A stretch of 64,000 nucleotides of DNA from Waddliaceae bacterium (GTDB lineage Bacteria; Chlamydiota; Chlamydiia; Chlamydiales; SLFE01), in assembly GCA_963771045.1 (NCBI GenBank), contig CAVYRW010000004.1, forward strand, positions 736,001-800,000, written 5' to 3'. The translations under genes were made by a program, and so were the position numbers. The first letter of the stretch is position 1. Each line of letters starts with the position of its first letter. The notes below the pieces were generated by a model. That model was not told where the DNA came from. It ran no database searches and worked only from the letters and a program-made list of their open reading frames with translations. This document shows positions 48,681-57,986 of the stretch, in pieces.

Positions 48681-49078
48681 ACCGTTTTCTGATTCTCCAC
48701 ATATTGCTTAATCACACTTAGAGGAGCACCCCCTACCGTCGAAACGAAATAAGAATTTGTCCAGAGGGTGGGAAGACGAGAACGAAGGTGAGGAAAACTT
48801 TGTCTTAAAATTCTTGAGCTTTTCCCTTTGATTTCCTTAATCAACTTATGGATGCCATATTGAGGATCAACCTCAACGAGAAGATGCACATGATCCGGCA
48901 TTAATTCCATAGCAAGTATTTCGCTTCTCCTTAATTGGCAAACTTCCTCGATGATTGCCCTGAGTTCCTTTTGGACAAAATCGTTTAGTACATTACGCCT
49001 ATATTTTGGACACCACACAACGTGGTACTTGCATGAGTACACCACATTGTGATTAGATTTGTATTTAGAAATCGTCAT
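48677..49078 (-). CDS. tnpA: IS200-type Y1 (HUH) transposase
   Basis: YHVVWCPKYRR, PDHVHLL, LWTNSYFVSTVG, YVENQK. Confidence 0.96.
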   Translation of the reverse strand: MTISKYKSNHNVVYSCKYHVVWCPKYRRNVLNDFVQKELRAIIEEVCQLRRSEILAMELMPDHVHLLVEVDPQYGIHKLIKEIKGKSSRILRQSFPHLRSRLPTLWTNSYFVSTVGGAPLSVIKQYVENQKTV

Positions 49079-49785
49079 GCTAACGCATTATATGGCGACA
49101 ACTAATATAATTCAAGTCGCTCCTTAACCCCATAACTAAAGTCAGGGGATTGCGTCGCGATTTCGTTCAAAATACCGACTATGTTCCGATATATCTCCAC
49201 AGACGGCCAATATCCAAGGCTGACTTTTTGACAGTGCTCAATCGATATAAAAAAGAAGAGAGGTTTTTGGCTTCTCATATCCCTTTCAGCGACCCGCTTA
49301 TAGCCTGTCTGGAAGAGAGGGGAGTGAAAGTTTTTCATATTACAAGAGATGTCAAGGATTTTGTTGTTTCGGCCGCCAAATATTACGGGAAAAATACCTG
49401 CTGCCCATTTCCTTTCGAATGGTATTCCCGTCTTCCTTTCGACAAACAGATGACTGTCATGATCGAGGGAACCGATTGGTGGAATTCCACCAGATGGCAT
49501 GTACAGGCCTTTCAGGGATGCATAAGAGCCGCAATTGCCGCATCTTGAGTTTTGAAAAACTTATCGGCCCTTCGGGCGGTTGCTGCACCGAAGAGGAGCA
49601 CCTTGCCGAATTAAGAAAAATCGCCCGGTTTCTCGAGCTTGAAATTTCGGACGAAAAACTGCTTGAAGTTTTTTCCTCTGTCTATGGAACAGGACCGACC
49701 TTCCGCCGCGCCAAGACCTCCGTATGGAGAGAATCCTTCAATGAAAAAATAAAAGATGTTTTCAAAAAAAATGTCGGAGATCTGC

Positions 49786-51684
49786 TTATAGAATTGGGCT
49801 ATGAGGAGTCTGATGAGTGGTAGGCTCAACCCATCGGTCATGAGCTTTAATTAAGTCTACCAGACGGTCGTCGGCATCCTCGAAGTCAATATTGCGCTCA
49901 ACGCATGTTTTGCCCACATAAAGGTCGATTTTTTCCGGTTTCGACCCCACATAGCCGAAGTCGGCATCGGCCATTTCTCCCGGACCGTTCACAATGCATC
50001 CCATGATCGCGATTTTGACGCCGGGAAGGTGCGCGGTCCGCTTCCGGATTCTTTTTGTGACATCTTGAAGATTGAATAGGGTCCGTCCGCAGCTGGGGCA
50101 GGAGATGAAATCGGTTTTGATCATGCGCATCCTTGCCGATTGCAGGATATTAAAGCTCAAAAGGCGTAAAAATGCGGGGTCATAAGGCCCTTCAAGACAG
50201 AGACCGTCTCCAAGCCCATCGCAGAAAAAAGAGCCGCATTCAGCTGCAGAGCGAATGATTAAGTCTTCTTTTAAGCAGTCGTAGGAAAAATTGAGAATCA
50301 CAGGGATCCTAAGATCACTATCTTGCAGCCAGTCAAAAAATTTACGGCAAACATGAAGACGGTTTTCTATAGGGCGGAGTAAAATCATTGCCGGTTTGAT
50401 CGTTTTTAAAGACTGCCACTGATTTTTATCGTCTTTTTCGACATAAATAACGTCTCGAAATCCCTCTCCCAGCTGGGGCGCAAAGCGTCTGAGTTCATGC
50501 TCCCGAATGGAGACAGGCTGCAGGATGCCCACTCCGGCTTCTTTGAGATCTTTTGCAGTTTCCGGCGTTTGATCAAAAATGAGATTGTCGGCGCTCATCG
50601 GGGTTAATTTTGGCTTGCCCTGAGCAACGGAGCATCCGATCTTTTCATAGAAAGAGGGATCATTTGCCGCGCCGCAGCTCATTTTTAGGATGACTGTTCC
50701 GTCTCTTTGCATCGAAACATGCTTGGGCAGATCGACAGGGCGGCGGACAATCTGCATGATATCGCGGTGTTTTTCCTCAAATGGAGGTATCCCTTTACCT
50801 TGATAAATTTCAGCAAAGCGTATCAATTGCGAGCACGGATCGATCTCGTGCCACGGGTCTTCAGTGAGGGAGACGCGTATCGTATCGCCCAGCCCGTCTA
50901 AGAGCAAAGAGCCGATGCCGATTGCCGATTTGACCCTGCCGTCTTCGCCTTCTCCCGCTTCCGTGACCCCGAGATGAAGGGGATAATCCCATTCCAGTTC
51001 ATACATCCTGGCCGCGAGGAGGCGGTAGGCCTGGATCATCACTTGCGGATTTGAAGACTTCATCGAAAACATAAAGTCGTGATAGTTGTTTTGCCGGCAG
51101 ATTCTGGCGTACTCCAGGGTCGATTCGACCATCCCTTTAGGGGTGTCTCCAAAGCGGTTCATGATTCTGTCGGACAGCGAGCCGTGATTGGTGCCGATGC
51201 GCATGGCCCGTTTCAGCTTCTTGCATTTGAGGACTAGGGGGGTAAATTTTTCTTCGATTCTCTCGATTTCTTTGGCATAAGATACGTCATCGTATTCCAA
51301 GACTTTGAATGTCGCTCTTCTGTCGGCAAAATTTCCAGGGTTGATTCTCACTTTATCGACAAATTCGCACACTTTCATGGCGGCAGGCGGGTAAAAATGA
51401 ATATCGGCAACAAGGGGAATCTCATAGCCTCTTTGCAAAAGGCCATTTTTGATTTCTTCGCATGCGTTCGCCTCTTTCATGCCTTGCACGGTCACACGGG
51501 CGATTTCGCAGCCGGAATCGGCCAGCCTCATGATTTGCTCGAGCGTCGCCTCTACATCCCTTGTGCTGGAAGTGGTCATTGACTGGATGCGGACAGGATT
51601 GTTCCCTCCGACCCCAACGCTTCCGACCATCACTTCCCGCGTCTTACGCCTTAGCGTCTTGTAAACGAATTCACAGTACTTCAT
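49786..51684 (-). CDS. ispG: (E)-4-hydroxy-3-methylbut-2-enyl-diphosphate synthase, long form
   Basis: RIQSMTT, PLVADIHF, RINPGN, LHLGVTEAG, ISCPSCGRT, MGCIVNGPGE; ATG 51684 preferred. Confidence 0.96.
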   Translation of the reverse strand: MKYCEFVYKTLRRKTREVMVGSVGVGGNNPVRIQSMTTSSTRDVEATLEQIMRLADSGCEIARVTVQGMKEANACEEIKNGLLQRGYEIPLVADIHFYPPAAMKVCEFVDKVRINPGNFADRRATFKVLEYDDVSYAKEIERIEEKFTPLVLKCKKLKRAMRIGTNHGSLSDRIMNRFGDTPKGMVESTLEYARICRQNNYHDFMFSMKSSNPQVMIQAYRLLAARMYELEWDYPLHLGVTEAGEGEDGRVKSAIGIGSLLLDGLGDTIRVSLTEDPWHEIDPCSQLIRFAEIYQGKGIPPFEEKHRDIMQIVRRPVDLPKHVSMQRDGTVILKMSCGAANDPSFYEKIGCSVAQGKPKLTPMSADNLIFDQTPETAKDLKEAGVGILQPVSIREHELRRFAPQLGEGFRDVIYVEKDDKNQWQSLKTIKPAMILLRPIENRLHVCRKFFDWLQDSDLRIPVILNFSYDCLKEDLIIRSAAECGSFFCDGLGDGLCLEGPYDPAFLRLLSFNILQSARMRMIKTDFISCPSCGRTLFNLQDVTKRIRKRTAHLPGVKIAIMGCIVNGPGEMADADFGYVGSKPEKIDLYVGKTCVERNIDFEDADDRLVDLIKAHDRWVEPTTHQTPHSPIL

Positions 51685-51787
51685 AAGGGGAAATTTTATC
51701 TCAATCCACGTTAATCTACAAGCTGTTAAAAATTTGTTTTGGCACGAATCCTGCTTCTTATACTTAAAAAATCTTTTAAGGAGATAA

Positions 51788-52861
51788 ATGATGCAAGAAA
51801 TTCCGCCGGAGAGAGATAAAATTGACCGATCCAAGCCTCCGAAAAATGACCTTATCTCAAAGCTTCCCGATGAGATTAAGCTGTTTATTGCCAGTAAATT
51901 AAATAAGGAAGAAGATGTTGTAAGCTTAAGTTTAACCAGCCGTAAATGGAACCAGATTTGCGAGGATGAAAGCCTCTTGCCAATGGAACATTTGAAGGAA
52001 GCTTATCCTAAACTTGGAAAAAGGGTTGAAGAAGTGGTGCGAGAAAAGGCCTTTCGTTTGGAATGGGAACAAAAGCCGCTAAAAAAGCGGGGCATGATTT
52101 CAAAATTGTTTGGAAAGAAAGAGAAGAAGCCGGAGCCTAAAAAAGTGTCCATAGAACCAAATACACGGGCCTATCGTGCGGCTTTTGTCGTAGTTTTTAT
52201 GAAGGAACTGACCAGGCTATGCCATGATTACGAAATTGAAGTGGATGAAAATGTCACAATCAAGCTGGAAATTGTGAAGGATATCAGAAAAAGAATTGAG
52301 CAAAAGCAGAATGTGGCTCTTTGTCAATTTTGCCGAATAGTTTTACCCGACAGGAGTATCTCCCGGGAAAAGAACTTGGATGATCCTGGGCAAGCACAAA
52401 AAGAGGCAGAAGAATGGAGAGAGAATCTCGAAGATCTGCCTCCGAATATTCAAGAGATTAATATTGAAAATCCAAGAAAAGACATACCGCAATTTCATTA
52501 TATACCCCCGGAAATTCAGTATTTTTCAAGCCTCAAATCATTGAGAACAACTTATATGGATATTAAGTCGATTCCCTTGGAAATCTCTAATTTAATCAAC
52601 CTAAAAGCGATCCATTTTCATCGTTGCGATCTCCATTCACTCCCCCCTGAAATTGGGAAACTGTCAGAGTTGGAAACAATATTGATTCTTAACGGGACAG
52701 ACTTGTTAACCGGACCTACAGCTATTTCCATTCCCAAAGAATTGCTTCAATGTGAAAAGCTCAAAGAATGTAGTATAGGTCCTGTAAATGAAAAGGACAA
52801 ATCAACTGACATTATTTTAAAATTAATAAGACGAGGCGTTACCTTCAACATCCTAGCTTAG
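51788..52861 (+). CDS. F-box plus leucine-rich-repeat protein (candidate host-directed effector)
   Basis: F-box ISKLPDEIKLFIASKL...LSLTSRKWNQI; LRR units IPPEIQYFSSLKSL, IPLEISNLINLKAI, LPPEIGKLSELETI. Confidence 0.85.
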   Translation: MMQEIPPERDKIDRSKPPKNDLISKLPDEIKLFIASKLNKEEDVVSLSLTSRKWNQICEDESLLPMEHLKEAYPKLGKRVEEVVREKAFRLEWEQKPLKKRGMISKLFGKKEKKPEPKKVSIEPNTRAYRAAFVVVFMKELTRLCHDYEIEVDENVTIKLEIVKDIRKRIEQKQNVALCQFCRIVLPDRSISREKNLDDPGQAQKEAEEWRENLEDLPPNIQEINIENPRKDIPQFHYIPPEIQYFSSLKSLRTTYMDIKSIPLEISNLINLKAIHFHRCDLHSLPPEIGKLSELETILILNGTDLLTGPTAISIPKELLQCEKLKECSIGPVNEKDKSTDIILKLIRRGVTFNILA

Positions 52862-52892
52862 GCAATCAATGCACAACTTCGGAATATAGAAT

Positions 52893-52945
52893 CGGAAGAG
52901 GAGGGATTCGAACCCCCGGTTGGTTTCCCAACTCCTGTTTTCAAG
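52893..52945 (-). repeat. Displaced 3' half of tRNA-Ser (att site of island)
   Basis: Reverse complement CTTGAAAACAGGAGTTGGGAAACCAACCGGGGGTTCGAATCCCTCCTCTTCCG; T arm and acceptor identical to the tRNA at 57987-58071. Confidence 0.92.
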
Positions 52946-53171
52946 TCCGATTACTGTCAGGTATTCCCAGAAATCGACTAAACTAAACAGCAATCATACA
53001 GGAGTGTAGGGGCATCTGTCAATACTGGGAATTGTTGGGGATTTGAGTGAGTTTAAGGGAATTAGTGTGAAAATTTTGTGAAAAATATATTCTCTGTATG
53101 AAATTGAACATCTTACAATGTGAGCATTTTTGTTAACGAAAGAGAGGTTGTGAAAATTCTTGACTTGATTT

Positions 53172-53201
53172 TATATATGGATATACGTATATTCAGATAT
53201 A
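53172..53201. promoter_or_regulatory. Candidate ArsR operator
   Basis: Palindrome centred on ATATACGTATAT (53181-53192) between a TTGACT hexamer and the arsM RBS. Confidence 0.5.
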
Positions 53202-53224
53202 AGCGAAACCCAAAGGAGTTTTTT

Positions 53225-54088
53225 ATGGATTATTATCAACCCCCAGAAATTGAATATGTTTATTACGTGGCGGCAAATACCTCTAAGAATACGGAAGACG
53301 TAAAAAGAGAAGTACGCTCGGCTTATGGAAGTGTAGCTGAAGCCAATAACCAAAACAAAGGTTGTGGCAATTCAAAAAGCTGTTGCGGCGTCTCCGCAAA
53401 GCCTGATAGTGGTTATTCGGAAGAATTAGGATACTCGCAAGAAGATTTGAACAGCGTGCCTGAAGGGTGCAATATGGGGTTAGGTTGTGGAAATCCTCAG
53501 GTTATAGCTTCTTTAAAACAAGGTGAAGTTGTTCTAGATTTAGGAGCTGGGGGTGGTTTTGATGTTTTTTTAGCCGCAAAACAAGTGGGTCCAAAAGGAA
53601 AGGTATATGGAGTAGATATGACTCCAGAAATGATAAGCAAAGCTAGAGACAATGCCTCTAAAAATGACTACAAGAACGTTGAATTCCTTTTAGGAGAAAT
53701 AGAGCATCTACCTCTCCCTAATAATACTGTGGATGCCATTATATCAAATTGCGTTGTCAACCTATCAACAAATAAAGAAAGCGTTTTTAATGAGTCTTTT
53801 CGAGTATTAAAAGAGGGAGGTCGGTTGGCTATTTCTGATATGGTTGCTAGCAAGACTTTGCCACCAGAAATGATTAACAATAAGGAGCTTTATTGCAATT
53901 GCATCTCTGGTGCTATTACAATCAATGAGCTTAAAAATATTTTGGCAAAAGCTGGATTTATAGACATTGTAATTGAACCTCAAGAAAACAGCCGCATGTT
54001 TATTAAGGATTGGGTTCCTGGTTCTGATGCAGAAAACTATGTCGTATCAGCAAAAATTAAGGCTGTTAAACCAAGGACAAGACGATGA
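53225..54088 (+). CDS. arsM: Arsenite S-adenosylmethionine methyltransferase
   Basis: SCCG, GLGCGNP, VLDLGAGGGFD, YGVDMTPEM, ISNCVVNLS, YCNCISGA; ATG 53225 after AAGGAG. Confidence 0.93.
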   Translation: MDYYQPPEIEYVYYVAANTSKNTEDVKREVRSAYGSVAEANNQNKGCGNSKSCCGVSAKPDSGYSEELGYSQEDLNSVPEGCNMGLGCGNPQVIASLKQGEVVLDLGAGGGFDVFLAAKQVGPKGKVYGVDMTPEMISKARDNASKNDYKNVEFLLGEIEHLPLPNNTVDAIISNCVVNLSTNKESVFNESFRVLKEGGRLAISDMVASKTLPPEMINNKELYCNCISGAITINELKNILAKAGFIDIVIEPQENSRMFIKDWVPGSDAENYVVSAKIKAVKPRTRR

Positions 54089-54447
54089 TAACTCCTAATG
54101 AGTTATTCTCCCTGTTATCTGACGAAACACGCTTACGTTGTTTAGTTTTGCTTCAAAAAAAAGGAGAACTTTGCGTTTGCGAAATTAGTCAGATAATAGG
54201 AAGCATACAACCAAAGATGTCTCGCCATCTCGCTCTTATGCGTAACTCTGGACTTGTTTCGGATGAACGCAGAGGGCAGTGGGTGTATTACAGTCTTAAT
54301 CCATCATTACCAGACTGGGCAAAGAAAATTATTGAGTCTACTTTGGAAAATCTTCAGAAAGAAGAACCATATAATTCAGACATAGATAGACTGTGCTTAT
54401 TAAATAAAGAAAATATTTGTAATTCAAAGCTTAATCTAGCTGAATAG
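54085..54447 (+). CDS. arsR: As(III)-sensing transcriptional repressor
   Basis: LSDETRLR, ELCVCEI metal-binding box, QPKMSRHLA, RRGQWVYYSL. Confidence 0.94.
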   Translation: MITPNELFSLLSDETRLRCLVLLQKKGELCVCEISQIIGSIQPKMSRHLALMRNSGLVSDERRGQWVYYSLNPSLPDWAKKIIESTLENLQKEEPYNSDIDRLCLLNKENICNSKLNLAE

Positions 54448-54523
54448 TGATAACTTCAAAAGGCGTTGTTGCATAAATCACCACTGAGACCACCGAGCTC
54501 ACTGAGAGATTATGAGAGAGGAA

Positions 54524-54931
54524 TTAAATGATTAGACGCCTAATCCCATTTTTTAGAAGTTTTACATTGAAATTGATGAGCAAACCTCTGCCACCACCAT
54601 TATGCTTAAGATAGGATAGAAGTTGGGCCTCATGAACAGGCAAGAAATTGGCCACAGATTTTATCTCCAAAATAACCTTATCTTCCACTATCATATCGAT
54701 CCGGTAGCCTGAGTCTAGCTTTTTATCACGATAAATAATAGGTACTGGTATCTGCCGGTTAACTTTCAAACCCGCAAGGTTCAACTCGTAGCAAAGACAA
54801 GTTTCGTATGTCGATTCAAGCAAGCCTGGACCTAATCTTCGATGAACTTCAATCGCAGCACCTATGATTTCCCCTGTTAAAAGGTCATTTCTTTTTTGGT
54901 TGGCTTCTTCAGTTGTGTGGGTACTAGTCAT
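54524..54931 (-). CDS. GxxExxY-family protein (PD-(D/E)XK-like)
   Basis: IIGAAIEVHRRLGPGLLESTYE, YRIDMIVEDKVILEIKS, AQLLSYLK, GLLINFN. Confidence 0.93.
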   Translation of the reverse strand: MTSTHTTEEANQKRNDLLTGEIIGAAIEVHRRLGPGLLESTYETCLCYELNLAGLKVNRQIPVPIIYRDKKLDSGYRIDMIVEDKVILEIKSVANFLPVHEAQLLSYLKHNGGGRGLLINFNVKLLKNGIRRLII

Positions 54932-55015
54932 CTTTTCTCCAAAAAGGGCGAATGCGAGCTTGCCGACAAATACCTAATACTCTAATTTTTAGTTGCAACA
55001 AATTGGAGGATCAAG

Positions 55016-55960
55016 ATGAAGGCAAAATATCGCATTCGCAACTGGAACGACTATAACAAATCTCTTATTCAAAGGGGAAGCATAACTGTTTGGTTTTCTG
55101 AAGATGCTATCAATAAGTGGATGGCTCCAAAAGAAATAGGAAAAAAGGGGCGTCCAAAACTCTATTCTGATGACGCTATTCTCACCGCGCTCATTATTCG
55201 ATCGGTTTTTCATCTTCCATTGAGAGCACTCGAAGGATTTTTGACATCTCTTGTTATGATTTTATCTGTTGGTTTATCGATTCCTTCTTATACTCAAATT
55301 TGTCGGAGAGCTAAGTTGTTGGGGCAAGAGTTGAAGAAACTTTCGAAAAAAAAAGTCACCAATATTGTAATCGATTCAACCGGTTTGAAAGTGTACGGAG
55401 AGGGTGAATGGAAAGTTAGGCAGCATGGAATCAGTAAAAGGCGAACATGGAGAAAGCTCCATCTGGCAGTCTGCCCTGACTCTCACGAAATTATTTTCGA
55501 AATTCTTACTGAAAATAACGTTGCAGATTGTGAAGTGTATCCAAAACTTCTCGAGGTAATGCCGAAATCAGTTAAGCGCACATATGGAGATGGGGCTTAT
55601 GATACTAAGCGATGCTATGCTGCAAATGTAGTTCACGGCTCAATTCCTATTATTCCACCCAATAGGAATGCTGTTTTTCGAGAAAACATATCTCCTTCTT
55701 GGAAGATGCGGAATATCAGTTTGCTGGAAATTTCAGGTTTAGGAGGTGATGATGATGCAAGAAAATTATGGAAAAAGTTGAAAGGTTATCATCGTCGATC
55801 ACTTGCAGAAACAGCCATGTTTAGATTTAAACGATTCTTTGGAAATGATTTAAGAAGTAGAACTCTGGAAACCCAAAGGGCTGAATCAAGGGCAAAATGT
55901 GAAGCACTAAATATAATGACAAAGCTGGGAATGCCTGAAAGTGAATTAATAGCAGCTTAA
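55016..55960 (+). CDS. IS5-family (IS903 group) transposase
   Basis: YRIRNWNDYNKSLIQRGSITVW, IDSTGLKVYGEGEW, RRTWRKLHLAV, GDGAYD, YHRRSLAETAMFRFK. Confidence 0.96.
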   Translation: MKAKYRIRNWNDYNKSLIQRGSITVWFSEDAINKWMAPKEIGKKGRPKLYSDDAILTALIIRSVFHLPLRALEGFLTSLVMILSVGLSIPSYTQICRRAKLLGQELKKLSKKKVTNIVIDSTGLKVYGEGEWKVRQHGISKRRTWRKLHLAVCPDSHEIIFEILTENNVADCEVYPKLLEVMPKSVKRTYGDGAYDTKRCYAANVVHGSIPIIPPNRNAVFRENISPSWKMRNISLLEISGLGGDDDARKLWKKLKGYHRRSLAETAMFRFKRFFGNDLRSRTLETQRAESRAKCEALNIMTKLGMPESELIAA

Positions 55961-56026
55961 ATCAAATCTCTCATATTCTCTCTGTGCGCTCTTGTGAGCT
56001 CTGTGGTTAATTACGCAACAAAGCCA

Positions 56027-57424
56027 GAGGGTGTAAAATAAACTGTGTAAACTCATTTACAGCCCCATCGCTTTTTTCATCCTGTCGCCAAACAGAATTG
56101 AAAACTGAGATATTGCTGATATCCAGCCTTTGATAGGCTTTGTCCATTTCTCGGATAAGCCCGAGACAGTTAAAAATAGCAATTTGAAAAGAGAGTCGTC
56201 TGTTGGAAAGACAGAACGGCTTTTTGTAGTCTTTCTAAACTGCCTGTGGAGTGATTCTACGGCATTTGTAGTATAAATAATACGTCGAATTTCTTCGGGG
56301 TATTTAAAAAAGGTTCGGATATTATCCCAGTTGTCTGCCCAGGGATTGACGGCTAAGGGGTATCTTGTTGCCCATTTTTCCTGCAGAACAAGCAGGTTTT
56401 CCTCAGCCAAAATTTCTGTTTCAGCCCGATAGATGTTTTTCAGATCCGACACAAATTCCTTCGAATGCTTATGAGGAATGTATTTAAACGAATTTCGGAT
56501 CAAATGGATGACGCATAACTGAATCTCAGTCTCGGGAAACACGGCATTAATTGCTTCCGGCATTCCTTTTAAGCCATCAACACAGGCAATTAAAACGTCG
56601 TCAACGCCTCTATTTTTAAGCTCTGTGAAAACTCGTAACCAAAATTTGGCTCCTTCGTTTTCACCGATCCATAAACCTAAAACATCCTTTCGCCCCTCAA
56701 GATCGATTCCCAGGCAGGTATACACAGCTTTTGTAACCACCTTTCCATCTTCACGAACCTTATAATGAATAGCATCAAAATAGGTAATAGCGTAGATCTT
56801 TTCAAGCGGTCTTGATTGCCACTCTCTTGCGACTTCTAAAGCCTTTTCCGTGATATGGGATACGGCCGTAGGGGATATTTCAGCACCATATATTTCCTGA
56901 ACATGAGCCTGTATATCCCGGGTGCTCATTCCCTTTGCATACATGGAGAGGATTTTCTGATCGAATGAGGTAATATTTCGTTGCCGTTTCTTGACGATTT
57001 TTGGCTCAAAATCACCATTCCTATCTCGGGGCACCTCTAAATCGAGAGGACCGTAGGAACTTTGGACAGATTTTGAAAGCTTGCCATTGCGGCTGTTGCC
57101 GGTGTGATGGCCTTCAGGTGAGTATTTGGAATAGCCGATATGCTCTTCCATTTCCTTCTCAAGGAGTTGTTCTACCATACCACCCAACAACCTTTGTAAA
57201 AGGCCGTTTTTGCCACATAAGTCGTCCATGGTTTCGCATTTCGACAACTCTTTATCGAGATCGATTTTTAGTTTTGAGAATTTCATAAGTTGTTCCTGTG
57301 TAAATTAAAATTAAAAATTTGTCGCCCCTCCCCCTGCAGGGGGAGGAACCTCCTTCTACTTGTTTACAAGGTATTTACTATAATACACTTGCAACTTAAT
57401 TTACACAGTTCAGATTACACTACC
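56027..57424 (-). mobile_element. IS256-family element
   Basis: Imperfect 25 bp TIRs GAGGGTGTAAAATAAACTGTGTAAA / TTTACACAGTTCAGATTACACTACC; 8 bp TSD CAAAGCCA (56019-56026 / 57425-57432). Confidence 0.94.
56057..57286 (-). CDS. IS256-family transposase
   Basis: NSRNG, VPRDRNGDFEP, MYAKGMSTRDI, ACVDGLKG, QLCVIHLIRNS, IYTTNAVES. Confidence 0.96.
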   Translation of the reverse strand: MKFSKLKIDLDKELSKCETMDDLCGKNGLLQRLLGGMVEQLLEKEMEEHIGYSKYSPEGHHTGNSRNGKLSKSVQSSYGPLDLEVPRDRNGDFEPKIVKKRQRNITSFDQKILSMYAKGMSTRDIQAHVQEIYGAEISPTAVSHITEKALEVAREWQSRPLEKIYAITYFDAIHYKVREDGKVVTKAVYTCLGIDLEGRKDVLGLWIGENEGAKFWLRVFTELKNRGVDDVLIACVDGLKGMPEAINAVFPETEIQLCVIHLIRNSFKYIPHKHSKEFVSDLKNIYRAETEILAEENLLVLQEKWATRYPLAVNPWADNWDNIRTFFKYPEEIRRIIYTTNAVESLHRQFRKTTKSRSVFPTDDSLFKLLFLTVSGLSEKWTKPIKGWISAISQFSILFGDRMKKAMGL

Positions 57425-57450
57425 CAAAGCCACTTCAAAAGGAGAGACGA

Positions 57451-57545
57451 TTGATTGGAAATATACAGAAAACATCCATTAAACGCCTCTCCTTCTTAGA
57501 CCGTTATCTAACTCTTTGGATTTTTCTAGCCATGTTGATTGGTCC
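57451..57545 (+). pseudogene. acr3: 5' fragment of arsenite efflux pump Acr3
   Basis: Not in the ORF track. AAGGAG then TTG giving MIGNIQKTSIKRLSFLDRYLTLWIFLAMLIG, the typical Acr3 N-terminus; similarity stops there. Confidence 0.85.
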
Positions 57546-57548
57546 ACC

Positions 57549-57620
57549 TCAGGCTTCTTCGACCTTAAGACCTGCTTTGACCTCATTGAGGACGTTTATG
57601 ATTTGTTCTTCTGTAAATCT
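57549..57620 (-). pseudogene. IS3-family OrfA fragment
   Basis: Minus-strand translation RFTEEQIINVLNEVKAGLKVEEA resembles IS3/IS407 OrfA N-termini. Confidence 0.65.
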
Positions 57621-57853
57621 TTATTAATGTATTTGTCAATAAGCTGGGCAAAGGTTTGGGTACGCATGACTTTGGTTTCATACGGTTGCCCTTTACTCAT
57701 CGCATAGGACGTCTCTTTAAGCCAGGATTTGGCATCTTTAAGTTCTTTAAAAGTTTTGGAGATATGTGGGCACCCCTTCATCCTGATTTGGACACAGTAG
57801 GTGTTTCCCTTTTTACCTTGGATGGTCTTAATACTCCCAAATTTTACGCTCAT
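57596..57853 (-). pseudogene. Truncated tyrosine integrase (N-terminal arm-binding part only)
   Basis: YCVQIRMKGCPHISKTFKELKDAKSW...TFAQLIDKY; lies immediately downstream of tRNA-Ser; no catalytic domain. Confidence 0.75.
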
Positions 57854-57986
57854 AGATTCCTCACAGATTTGATTGCTGTGAAAATTTTGTGAAAAATCGG
57901 GATTTTGAACGACTTCTCAGCTTAATTTACAGCGGTTAATAATGCTGTAAATCTCTGAGAATACTTGAGAGAGGGACTTAAAAAAT

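Larger units (their letters stand above)
47593..49168 (-). mobile_element. IS200/IS605-family element (tnpA + tnpB)
   Basis: Subterminal hairpins on the minus strand: LE CCCCTGACTTTAGTTATGGGG, RE CCCCTGGCTTTAGACCATGGGG ending ...GGTTCAA; no TIR or TSD; LE boundary uncertain by a few bases. Confidence 0.92.
47397..49823 (+). pseudogene. Sulfotransferase-domain gene interrupted by an IS200/IS605 element
   Basis: N-part has a signal-like segment and PAPS motif TTMPKTGSHLL; resumes after ~49166 with SHIPF, ITRDVKDFVVS, LSFEKL, TFRRAKTSVWRESF, LIELGY. Confidence 0.8.
54462..56025 (+). mobile_element. IS5-family (IS903 group) element carrying a GxxExxY passenger gene
   Basis: TIRs GGCGTTGTTGCATAA / TTACGCAACAAAGCC extending imperfectly to ~58 bp; 9 bp TSD ACTTCAAAA at 54453-54461 and 57432-57440 (right copy displaced by IS256). 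Confidence 0.9.

Noticed and set aside
57326..57348. GC palindrome CTCCCCCTGCAGGGGGAG in IS256
   Set aside because: Lies in the IS leader upstream of the transposase; no evidence for a separate function.
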